Origin: Bispira polyomma
Lineage: Eukaryota
Direction: 5' to 3'
Assembly: GCA_965649765.1 (NCBI GenBank)
Contig: OZ287750.1
Location: 101,060,001-101,124,000, forward strand
DNA: 64,000 nt
The translations under genes and the position numbers were made by a program. The notes beneath the pieces were generated by a model. The model was given only the letters and a program-made list of their open reading frames with translations. It was not told the origin of the DNA and did no database searches. Of the stretch, positions 1 through 11,491 are shown piece after piece. Position 1 is the stretch's first letter. Every line of letters starts with the position of its first letter.

Positions 1-234
1 AGTACTAAAAATGAATAAAACAGTATTCCAGTTGATATTTTAAAGCATTTTTAGAAACTTCTTAAAGAATAAAGATAGCTCTTGCCCATTCTTTATTTTT
101 AAGGCATTTTCCAAGAATTTCTTTCTTTTAATAAAGAATAATTCTTTTTATGAATAGGGTTTTCTAAGAAGTAGGAAAATTCTAAGCAAAATAAGAAAAA
201 TTCTTTAAAATAAAGCAAAGAATGAATAAAGAAT

Positions 235-809
235 CTTTGTGAATGGAGCCCCAGACTGCGAGAACTACAGCAAGCAAACAAGTCAGGTACGTTCTGCTCT
301 CAACAGGGAGGTCAGGACACAATTTGGGTGAAACTCCAGGTCCCCTTGCCTCAAAACTTTTTTGGGGCGGTAATAACAAGGCCTGAATGTCATATGATTC
401 ATTATCCATGGCCCAGTGAGTGGCTGGGTTTAGTTCCATCATCAGAGAAAAGACAAACATGGAAATTAAAAATCAAATGCTCGAATATTTGACCGATTTA
501 ATGGAGGACTCTCAAGATTTCTCTGGGGTGGCTGCAAAAGGAAGCCATGGAGTGTTGTCATGTAAAATGGAAGAGGGGTAAGAAAAGCTCATGCTCAGAA
601 AATCTTGGGGCAAACCTCGGTCTCAGGGTAACCCAAGAGAAATAGTAAGAACTCCATCCCATGTAAATTTTAACAGAAGGGTTCCTGTGCCCAGAAAGAG
701 GGCCATGAGACCAAGGGGAAATTATATGCTCGCATATGTGCTAACTGCCATCTAACGCTCTTACCCACACAATACTCCAGAAAGAACAACTGTACAAAAA
801 AACGAATAG
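235..809 (+). pseudogene. gag of element A (5' part missing)
   Basis: Homologous by eye to gag 43814..44707; ends AAA AAC GAA TAG at 798-809. Confidence 0.8.
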
Positions 810-3105
810 GTCACTCCTGTACTGCAGTGCCAACATTTTCACATTTAAAAAATAATGTTCAAAATGTAAACACCAGTAATGTAAATGTACTAAACAGTTG
901 TGTAAAAATGTGGATGTCAATGTTTATACTAAAACTAGATGTTGTGTACATGTAAATGGTGTCAGTGGAAATTGGTAAAACGTATGCAAACATATATTGT
1001 AAAAACACAAGTAGTTTGATCAAAAAGAAAAGGCACCCTGTACCTCCAGTTGTCATCCATCAAAATTCAATGTTAAAAAGCGCCAGTAAGGTAGCCATTG
1101 TGGAAATGTACATAAATTGTGTGGTCAAAAAGTATTTAGGCCGCGTTTATACATTTGTGAAAAAGAAGTACATAATGTGATTTCAGCATAGAATCAATAA
1201 ATTGGGAGGGATATTGTTACCCACACACAAATCCAAGGTGTGAACACCTCAACAACGCTCACAACAGGTTTGCACCTCTTCTGTGCATTATTAAAAGGGA
1301 GATGGTAAGCTGACACCAAAAATGACACACTATCAAGGAAAAAAACCTTAAGGTTAGCCCACACTGTCACGGCCACAAACAACCAAAAGGTTGGTAAGCC
1401 ACAAACAAGGGTATATAGTGTGGTGCCTAACCCAGACAAATATGATTTAGCGCTCCATGCAAGGCACAAAAGTAAAGAACTTTGGCTTCATTCCTCTGGG
1501 TGATTTCACCATCCATGTGTTTGATATAAAAAACAGCACTTTTGGTATTTAAAACATTTTAAAAAAAATCAAAAATTCTAAACTTCCAAATTTTTGGGGG
1601 AACATTTTTGGGGGAACCGCAGCTAAGAGCTGCCAAATGGGATTTCCATTTGCCAGGTTATTGGCACAAACAACAATTGTTCCTAACCTTTTAAATAAAG
1701 TAGAAACTCACAAATCAGCAATTGACTACCCAGACGATTTTAAGGCATATTTGGATGAAGAGTTAAAATTTTGGGTCATGTTGGGCCCCTATGCAGCTTC
1801 CCCATGTAAGGACTTGCACGTCTTGCTTTTCATGACCCGGAAAAAGTCAGGGCAGCCCATCGAAGGGTGATAAATGACCTTCGTTTCCGCTAAGGAAATT
1901 CAGTTAATGCTGCTGTAGTGAAAAACCAGTATCTGTACACCTCTTTCGTCTTGACCTTACCCACAGTAGGCACAATTACTCAAGAAATACGTCAACTAGG
2001 ACAGAGGTCACTATTATAAAAGACAGACATCAGCAGGGCTCTCCGTCATGTAAAAATTGACCCCATCGACTATAAGCTTTTGGGACTGAAATTAGATAAG
2101 TACTTTGTTGATACATGTCTCCCCTTCGGTTATCTACATGGAAGTACCATTTTACAGTGTGTGAGTGACGCAGTGCGTTTTATCATGCAATGTCACGGCT
2201 GTGATATATTGATAATATTATTGGCAATAGCTTAAACTCCAAAATTCAGAATTTGTTTGACTTACTGCATTCCATCCTACATGAGCTCGGCTTTGATATT
2301 AGCAAAAAAAAAAAGATTGTATGTCCCAGCATGTGGTCTGTCTTGGTGTACTTATAGGCACTGAGAATTGCACAGTTTCAGTCCCTCATGCAAAATTGTA
2401 GGAAATCATTGCCCTATGTAAAGTATGACAAGGTAAGCGTACTTGCAAAAACGGGACCTACAGTCAATCCTAGGTAAACTACTATATATGTGTGTAAGTG
2501 TCTATAGCAACATCCTTAATAGAATGTTAGAAGTACTAAGGTCAGCCTATAGTGCACATATTATTAACTTAGGAATTGACTTCTACAAGACCTCAATTTG
2601 TTTTGCCAATTTTTACCAACTTTTAACAGCAAAGCCTTCTTTGACGGCTTGCATAGAACTTGATGCCTGCCTAGAAGGCCTAGGGGCCGTTGTAATGGTG
2701 AGGTGTACAAAACAAAAAACAAATTCTGAAGGGATATAGCAGTTATCATATAACCCACCTCGAAATGTTGGACATATTAGTCGCTGGTAGGCTCTGGAAG
2801 CACCAATAGAGTGGTAGGTGTTTGCTAATACACTGCGATAACGAAGCGGTAGTTACAATACCTAACTCGGGTAGAAACCAAGACCATACCTTGGCCGCTA
2901 TGTCCAGGAATATATTCATGGAGACGGCAATGAAAATCACCAGCTTCAGCACTAGCCATATACAAGCTAAAACAATGTGGTAGCAGACCTCTTATTCAGA
3001 TGGTACATGTACCCAGATAGTCATAGTAGGTTAGCTCACCACATACTTCAACCCAAGTGGTTGCAGGTGGGTGACAGTGCCCTAAGTATAAGTTAGTCTA
3101 TTTAA
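797..3105 (+). pseudogene. pol (linker + RT + RNase H) of element A
   Basis: Fragments 1637..1870 and 2443..2739 plus intervening motifs; ends TCT ATT TAA at 3103-3105. Confidence 0.85.
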
Positions 3106-3111
3106 TTGCAG

Positions 3112-4158
3112 GTCTTTCTCTTTAGCTTACACAATTGGCACCAATGGCTGTCTCCAGGGCTCACCAAGCTTTCAGATCATCCACTCAAAAAGCATACACA
3201 TACATGTTTTTTCTTGCTTTCACCTGCTTTACAAAGGTTACAATACAAAATAATACTCCCTTAGTCATACACTCTTTTCTGGAACTTTTAGTCACAAGTA
3301 ATGTATCAAATTCCTCTCTTGTTACCTGTCAGTAAAAAGGTCAAAATGGTATTGTATGGCCTAGATGCATCCTGCTTTGCGGATCAGCACATTAAATATT
3401 ACCAAAAAGCAATAGTGCTAAACAAACCATTTAGAGCAAAACTTAAAAGTGTAATTGACATAACATTTCTCGCTCAAAAAAAAAAACACCGGTGATTCCA
3501 TCTATATGGGCCAGGTATTCAAGGCAGTATACCTGGTGTCATTTTATTCCTTCCTCAGAATATCTAACCTTCTCCCATATAGTGTAGCCTTGTACTCTCC
3601 CCTCCAACAACTAGCCAGGGGTGACATCTTGTTTGCATCTCCTGGCACCCACATTATTGTAAACTAGTCTCAGACCCTTCACTTAAGAGACACCATAAGA
3701 ATCATTAAGCTACCCCACCTGTGTGACCCTTTCCTCTGCCCTGTCAGGGCCATTAAAAATTTGTTGGTCATCACACCTAGTGCAAACAATTCTACTCTGT
3801 TCTAATTTAAGTGCAGTGCCAAATGGATGCCATTGATGGATACCAGAATTCCTAGGGGCCGTTGTAATGGTGAGGTGTACAAAAAAAATGGATGCCATTG
3901 ATGGATTTTAAGGTGAGAAGAAACCTTCAAGACATACTGTCCCATATACATTGCCAAAGTACCAACATAACCTTCCACACCTTCCAACGTTCGGATGCAA
4001 CCTATGCATTCAATCAAAACATCTCCATTCTGGATATACAAGCTCATGGCATCTGGACATATGACTATGTGTGGAGGTATATCAACCAAGATCACAATAG
4101 TTCCCACCAGGTGGCTCTGGACTTTAAATCGTCCCTCACCACAACTACTACTCACTAG
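3112..4158 (+). pseudogene. tyrosine recombinase of element A
   Basis: ORF fragments 3135..3335, 3301..3495 and 3892..4158 carry YR catalytic-region motifs. Confidence 0.9.
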
Positions 4159-5099
4159 TTAGTGTTTGGGGTAACCTTTCTCTTACTCATACAAACATAA
4201 TATATCATGTATTTTATACTAAAGTTTTACATGTATACATTTAGGGCCACCTTACATTTATATAACATTTTTTATATTATTTTACCGAAATATTGTACAC
4301 TTAAATATACATTTTACATCTACTTTAAGTAAACTTAACAATATTTTATGAAAGTTCACTTCAGAATCAATTTATCAACCGAAAAGTCCAAACAACATAG
4401 CAAGGTCATGGGAATTTAGGGGAAAATCCTGCTGGCAAACCAACCACAATGCTAGATTACTAGTCAACTGCCACAAATGTAAAAACATCACCTCCTTGGT
4501 AAAGGTTATAGAAGGTTGTTAACTTACCATATATGCCGCAGAACCTCGCCAATATGAACACAACAACGAGTCCTCTCATCCTCACAGATATTCTAGGAGT
4601 TACTTCTCTCAGCTTATCTTTGTCTGTCTCTGTTCACATGTGTAAAGGGCGTTTTATAGATCTATGGACAATATGTGGTGGGCGTTATTGTGGGAATAGT
4701 CAATTAAAACAGATAATTCATTTTAAAACACAGGTGTGCATCTCTTGTTATTTTCAACAACAAAAAACCTCATAGTAAATGGACAGCATTAAAATAACTT
4801 TAAAAGCATTTAATTAAATCTTACAATAAGCCAATATATTTCAAAAACCCACACATACGTAATACAACTGCAATCAGATATGAACTGTCTCTTGTCTAAA
4901 AGCTGCTGTATGGACATGTAATCAAAGGGAATAACATAACCAATTGTTGCATTTACACTTAACTCTCTGATCCTATGAGGTAAAAAGTTACTGCACAATG
5001 TATGTATCATGTGTAATGTTATTTTAAAAATATTATATACAAAATAATTTTCACATTTTCTAATTAAGCAAAGGTTCTCTATGTTATACAAACTTGATA

Positions 5100-5560
5100 T
5101 CTAGGACTAGTAATGAATTTTGGGTATATGTTCTTGATGCTTGGACAGAAGTTGTAGAAAATGTTAAACCTAAAACAACTGAAATGGTTTCAGTATAAAA
5201 ATAATTCATAGGATCCTTGGAACTACAAAATTAAGATTAAGAATGCAATTAGAGTATGGTGATAAATCGAGATTGTGCTATATTTTTTAGGAATATCTTG
5301 TGCATCTGTTCTATAACTGTGAAGTTATCCAGTCCTTCTTAAAAACAGTTACTGGTTGGGTTTAATGTAAAATAAATTTCACATTGTCAAAAGATCCATT
5401 AGGATATCAAAATAATGATCAAAACTTTATTCCTATCAATGTGATCCTCATTCTGACAAAACAGTATCTATTTTAATGTGCTTAGCCAAAATGTCTTCCT
5501 AGTGTAACAGATTTTAATTTACGCTAACACAAACAACTTTTATGTCATATTTATTCAAAA
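5100..5560 (+). mobile_element. Degenerate L1/Tx1-like LINE ORF2 C-terminal fragment
   Basis: Manual translation gives NEFWVYVLDAW...HLFYNCEVIQ...DQNFIPINVILILTKQYLF, similar to the LINE at 20447-21779. Confidence 0.6.
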
Positions 5561-7604
5561 TAAACTGAGAATAGTCATGTTTTTGTGTAGTCATTTGTAT
5601 TTTAAGTTATAATAGAATTTGGACAACTTTAGGTACCGATTAATCGCTCGATTACAATCCACCCATAATTGATTATCATGTTATTAACTGACTCCCAGCT
5701 CTAATATTTATAATATATATATCGGTTATACGGTACCACAAAATTCACTGTTCTGTATTTTTTCATTGCTTCTATGTACCACCATCTGAGTGTTGTAAAT
5801 AGGACAACCGTTACCACTAGGGGTTAATTATAGGACAACTGTTACCACTAGGGGTTAATTACAATATTGAATTCATTCAGTTTTCTTCCTAATGCAGTTC
5901 ACAATTTTTATTGAGGGTTGTGTCCTTGTTTTTGCACTATTCAATAATGTAAAGGCTTATGTTCTTGTTTTATACAGCACAACACAATGGTTGGTGCCTA
6001 CCACCAACAGATTTACACCCCTAGAGGACAATGGTTCCTATAATGGCAGCTTGGCCAGCGACATTATTGATACCAATACCTATAGTACTGACACAAACCC
6101 AGTAAAGCAGGGTATAGAACATCAATCTAGTATCTCTAGTACTTACAGTGGTCACAAACAGGCAAATGCGGATAAATATGATCTAGAATTGCAAGTAAAA
6201 CCTAAGACTAGGGATCTTATTAAGCAGGCACAGGATGTACCTCAATTCCAGCAGTGGGACGCCCAAAGCACGGATAAGTATGGTTTTATTCCTTTAGGTG
6301 AACTCCAGCTTCCCAAAACAGACAAACAAAATTAAGTTGGATGCTACATTGTTGAAATTACATAGCGTCATTAAAGATCAAAACTGCCCTAATTTTATGG
6401 GCCCTCAAATACAAATTGACTCGGAAATAAAACCAGACATTTGGCAAAAATATCTGACTGATTACTGAGTTAAACAATTACCCCTGGTAGTACGTTATGG
6501 ATTTCCGCTTGATTTTCAACAAAATAGTAAACTTTACCGTGAGGAACAAAACCACAAATCTGCGACTGATTATCCAGATGACGTTAAAGCTAAGTTAATT
6601 GAGGAAATGAATTCGGGGCTATGTTAGGTCCCTTTGAGGATATTCCAATTAAAAATTTGCATATCTCCCCCTTTATGACCAGGGAAAAACCTGGGGGGGC
6701 ACACAGAAGAGTTATTATTGGCAAATCTGTCAACTCAGCTGTGGCTAAGGATAAATCTTTCGATACCTTGTTTGTCCTCACTCTTCGAACTATTGATACT
6801 ATTTCCAGTAAAATTTCCAGTGACATGTCTTGGTGTATTAGTCAATACTGAAGATTTAACAGTCTCTCTGCTAGATGATAAACTAACAGACATTACAGCC
6901 CTTGTTCGGGACTGGCAAAACAAAAACACTTGCACCAAACGAGAACTTCAATCCCTCTTGGGCAAGTTGTTATATATTTCAAAATGTGTACGGGTTTTAA
7001 ATTGCATGCTCGATGTTCTTAGGTCTGTAGGTGTAAGTCAAAAGGTTCACCTGACCCATGAGTTTTACCAGGATGTAAACTGGTTTAAAAAGTTTTTACC
7101 AAAATTTAATGAAAAGACCTTTTTTAAGCATGACCCAACCACTGATTGCATACAACTAGACGCCTGCCTCAAAGGGATGGGGGGCGATGTAACAATGAAG
7201 TATATGAATATCCGATTCCCCTGGGCTACCTTGATCTTACCATAGTCCATCTCGAAATGCTGAATATCCTCGTGGCTATTAGGTTATGGAAGTCAACCTG
7301 GGCAGGAAAACGGTTAATACTCCAATGTGACAACACTGCTGTGGTCACAATTCTCAATTCTGGTAAAACCAAAGATTTAACTCTGGCAACAATTACCCGG
7401 AACATTTTTATGGAGGTGGCCTCTGTTGATATCAGTCTTAAAACCATCCATTTATTAGGGAGACTTAAGACAGTGGCCGACTTGCTTTCCAGGTGGCATC
7501 TCACCACAGATAATGACAAAAAGTTATTAGAATTAGTAAATAATCCCAGGTGGGCTAAAGTCAAGGCCACTATGTTAGACATAGACTGGTCTATCAAATT
7601 ACAG

Positions 7605-8586
7605 ATATACCCTCCCAGTTAAGAATGATTACTACACAGGCCTCATACAGAACTCACCAAGCTTTCAGACCAGCCACCGAGAGGGCATATACAAATATGT
7701 TTGGGCTCTTCTTGGCCTTTTGCAGTTTTGCTCAAGTCAGACCACAGCATATTACACCCTTAATCATTTTGGCATTCTTCTAGTAGTAAACCACGTGTCC
7801 TCTCCTTCAATAGCTAATTACCTTTCTGCAATTAAAGCCAAAATGGCCCTGTATGGCCTTGATGTCACTGCCTTTGCAAACCCCCGTATTAAATATTACC
7901 AAAAAGCTCTAGTACTTAACAGCCCTTTCAGGGCTAAGATTAAGGCAATACTAGATATACCCCTTCTTCAACAAATAACTCAGGTTTGTGACAGTATGTA
8001 TATGGGCCTGGTGATTAAAGCAGTGTATCTCATAGCTTTTTTCTCCTTCTAAGAATATCAAATTGGGTCCCTCATGCTGTTGCTCAGTTCTCTTCTTTAG
8101 TCCACTTGGCCAGGGGGGACGTGCTCTTTGCCCCCCCTCCCCCCCCCCCCTGGTCTGCACATCATTATCAAATGGTCCAAAACCCTTCAGTCTAAAAAAA
8201 TAGTTAAGGTTCTAAAGACTCCAACCCTGAGTGGTTCCCCTTTGTGTCCAGTGGCAGCCACTAGGGTCTTATTACCAATCACCCCGGGACACAAAAACTC
8301 TCCTTTGTTTCAATATAAAAAAGATCAAAAATGATATCCCATGATAGATACTCAAGTTAGAAAGAACCTCACCTTAATACTTACCCGACTGGGTATTCAG
8401 TAATCTTCAATTTCCTTCCACACCTTCCGTCGTTTGGGTGCCACATTGGCCTTAAACAACAATGTGCCAATTCAAGACATCCAAAGTCATGGTACCTGGA
8501 CGTCGGATTGTGTGTGACAGTATATAGTGCAGGACCACAATGCTTCTGAATGTAGCCCTTACCTTTACATACTTTTACACTATTAA
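7605..8586 (+). pseudogene. tyrosine recombinase of element B
   Basis: HQAFRPATERAY start, FFSFLRISN, KWSKT, LCPV, HTFRR, HGTWTSDCV. Confidence 0.9.
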
Positions 8587-8617
8587 TATATACTTAAATG
8601 TTAAAGATAAATATTTT

Positions 8618-8928
8618 GGGCCACCTTACCACCTTATTTCATGTTAATCATTTATATATACATTTAATAAATCTCCTTTGGCAACCTTAAATCAAACCTA
8701 AGGTTACCTTATAATTCCAAATTTCAACTTATCTTTCCTAACCCTAACTTCTAAGTTAGGGCTCCCCTTAATCTCATATTCTAAAACTCAAGCTTAGGTA
8801 ACCCTAACTTCAGGTTAGGGCTACCTTAAACTCAAATATCTCCTCACCTTAACCTGAAAATTCTCAGGCTAAGGTCACCTTAACTTTCTTGAACTTAAAC
8901 TCCTGGTTTAAGTTTAAGGTGGCCCTAA
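8618..8928 (+). repeat. 3' array of about 10 TWAG-N5-CYTA palindromic motifs/hairpins, closed by an 11-bp inverted repeat
   Basis: GGGCCACCTTA (8618-8628) is the exact reverse complement of TAAGGTGGCCC (8915-8925); internal TAAGGTTACCTTA, TTAGGTAACCCTAA, TAAGGTCACCTTAA, CCCTAACTT-CT-AAGTTAGGG. Confidence 0.8.
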
Positions 8929-9768
8929 TCTCAGTATGTAAATAACTATTAGATATAACATAGATAACTATATGTGTATGTACATGGACCACAGATATAT
9001 TTACACTTGCAGATGGGTGGAGAGCCTAACTCCCAGTCATAGTAATCTTGTGTTATTCTATATGTACAAACATGTCATAGTAGAAAGTCCAATCAGGTAG
9101 AATTTTTAAAGTCTACCTGTAGAAACTCCAATTGAACTTTCTACCAGTAGAAAGTGCAATTCTGTTTGTTATAAGAAAAAAAATCGAATTGTATTTTACA
9201 TTACTGGCTCAATACTCTTTTTGATGATAATAATATAATAATATAACTTTGTCAAAGTGTCTTATATGTTACTGACAAATATGTCAGTAATCATAATAAA
9301 AATACTGGGAAACTGAAGCCAAAGAAGAATATATTTTGACTTTAAGCCTAAGCTCGAGACTGACTATACATCTGACCGTGTATGTACCAAGTATATTCTG
9401 ATTTCCTCTACCAGTTAACAACCCATCACCAAACTGCACAAGACTTGTTGAAAGTGTTTTAAACCAAAACTAAACTCAACCAACCATTGTATTTACACAT
9501 TACAGAAATGGATGGCCAGAGCAACTAACTTGCCCTCCTACCGTGCTGTGGCGAGTTTTAGCCATCTTGGGACGCCCTGTCATCATATATCCACTTTATT
9601 AATCACTGGTGATACAGGCCAGGGAATGGCTTGACTGGGCTATACAAATTTTGTAGTCATTGCTCGCAAAGCATGGCTAGTCAGTCGTGAAGTTGTAATA
9701 CCTTACGGTATTATATACTGTTTACCCAGATACACCAATCCTAGACCAGAACCTCTTTTACTTCACTA

Positions 9769-9895
9769 CCAATCAAATCCCTTAGCTTTAAGTCAATTTC
9801 CCGCCTTTTCTCACATTTGGTCATTATTAAGTTGCAAGTTAATGTAGCAACACCTTGAAATTACATTGGAATCGGCAAATAGAGCCGCCATATTG
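9769..9895 (+). promoter_or_regulatory. Candidate internal Pol II promoter of element C (CCAAT, E2F-like TTTCCCGCC, YY1-like GCCGCCAT)
   Basis: Motifs at 9769, 9797 and 9884; the same order recurs upstream of element E gag (18937, 18979, 19034). Confidence 0.4.
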
Positions 9896-10031
9896 GAAAT
9901 AACTGTTTGCGTGAAGGGAAACAAGCTTCTTTTATATTTATTAAACATTATTTTACCTTTTCGTTTAGTGATTTTAGTGAGTTTTAACTTTTCTCATCTT
10001 ATAGTGTGCCTTTTGTGTTGGATATCTTATT

Positions 10032-11491
10032 ATGGGCCGGGCGAAGAAGAAGACTGTGGCTTTGTGTTCACGCTGTAATTTTTCACATTCTCGACCAGTG
10101 GGTACTAGGTGTCGGCTGGCCATTCAAGACGCCACGTCGGACGCAGAAGCCAGCAGAGTTTTTTCTACTGAAGTCCATGGTGCAGACGTTGAAACCAGCA
10201 CGCTCAACTCCGTTGCTGACTCGAGTCACATTTCTGAAGATCACGTGAGTTTTGGTCAGTTCTACAAAGACGTTTTCACAGAGCAGCAGTCTATGATGAA
10301 AACACTAGTGTCCACGGTAGCTAAGTTACAGGAAGACGTATCCGACTTAAAGACGTCTCGTTCATCTTCCCCCCAGGTCTCGTCAACACCTCAGACGATT
10401 AGGCCTCAGAGGGCAGCTCCACCTAAGCTTCCAGCACCTTTTACACAAAACATGGCCTCTTCTTTACCATTTACTCAGAGCTTCCCTCAGCTTCAGAACC
10501 CGCCAGTGAACTACACAGGAGTCAACGATCTTCGTTCTCACGTTTCTCATGACACTTACCTGACACGTCACAACACTCAGTTCCCAGACACACGACCAGT
10601 TCATTTGCCACCTCAACGGGAGGGCTACACACAGGACCACGCTCAGAGGTCCCTACAGGATGCAATTCTGCCTACTCCAGATGTATTAAAGCAGTCCGCT
10701 ATGATACAGAACGAGGTTTCACAACGATTAGCCCGTTACGAGGCGTGGGCCACTGACAAATCGCTTCAAGGTAAGCTCAGTACTAAACGCAAATCTGGTC
10801 GCTACAATGTATCTGAAGTGTGTGTCACCGACCCAATGAAACGTTGGCCTAATGAAGCATGTTTTTCTGTGTGAGTAAGAAACGAGTTTCTTATGATGAG
10901 CTTACTGTGTCACAATTTGCTGCAGGTCAGTTGCAGAACAGCTTAGAAGTGAGAAGCCCTACTATTTCTTGCGCCATGTTAATCCAGTTAGCAGATACTT
11001 TAAAAGATGCTTCTAATATCTCCTGGCAGATAGCCAGAGGTTCGTATGCATGTAACATGCACGATGTGGAAGAGGGGCGCCTCAGCTGGGTAGACGAAAC
11101 TAGGTGGACAATGAACCGACTGTCCTATTCCCAGGCCTTAATTTCGAACGGCGCATCTTCAAATTCAACTTCCTCGAATTCCTCCTCGGCCACCGGAAAG
11201 CATGAGATGCCATGCAGGCACTACCAGAAGAATACGTGTCAGCATCAGAAAGACCATGAGGGCAACAACGCCATTTTTAAACACATCTGTGTCAATTGCT
11301 TTCGTTTGCATAAGAAGCACAATGCACATCCAGAATCCAAGTGTTTTAAACTTCACCGACCCCCCCCCCAGTGCCCGCAAATGTACCCCAATAGGGGTGC
11401 GGACTGTCGACAGTCACCACAGCCATTTGTTATGTACAGTATGTTAAACCGGATGTCGAGACTGCAGAGCAGGAGCATTCTGAGAGCATGA
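10032..11491 (+). pseudogene. gag of element C (frameshift near 10870)
   Basis: N-terminal CSRCNFSHSRPVGTRC, a coiled-coil-like segment, WP..C motif, and C-terminal CRHYQKNTC..H..HICVNC..H....C zinc-finger cluster. Confidence 0.88.
10768..10776 (+). other. Predicted splice donor in gag (AAG|GTAAGC, phase 1)
   Basis: Exon ends at 10770, the first nt of gag codon 247; equivalent sites at 286/287, 40709/40710, 44147/44148 and 60363/60364. Confidence 0.7.

Larger units (their letters stand above)
235..4345 (+). mobile_element. Element A: degenerate YR retrotransposon (DIRS order, Ngaro/PAT-like layout)
   Basis: Broken gag (RLRELQQANKSGTFCSQQGG...WPSELAGF...DLMEDSQDFS), RT/RNase H (DTCLPFG, LQSILGKLL, LDACL, HCDNEAVV) and YR (FLRISNL, HTFQRS, HGIWTYDYVWRY) in order on +; many stops and frameshifts; boundaries approximate. 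Confidence 0.9.
5965..8930 (+). mobile_element. Element B: YR retrotransposon lacking gag, with an internal RT deletion
   Basis: ORFs 5892..6335 (NRFTPL, KYGFIPLG), 6621..6851, 6718..7245, 7146..7622 (HLEMLN, CDNTAVV, ADLLSR), YR 7605-8586 and a 3' palindrome array. Confidence 0.9.

Noticed and set aside
11344-11351. Coronavirus-type UUUAAAC slippery site in element C gag
   Set aside because: Codon phase is TTT AAA C, not T TTA AAC, and the pol-frame TAG at 11392 lies downstream.
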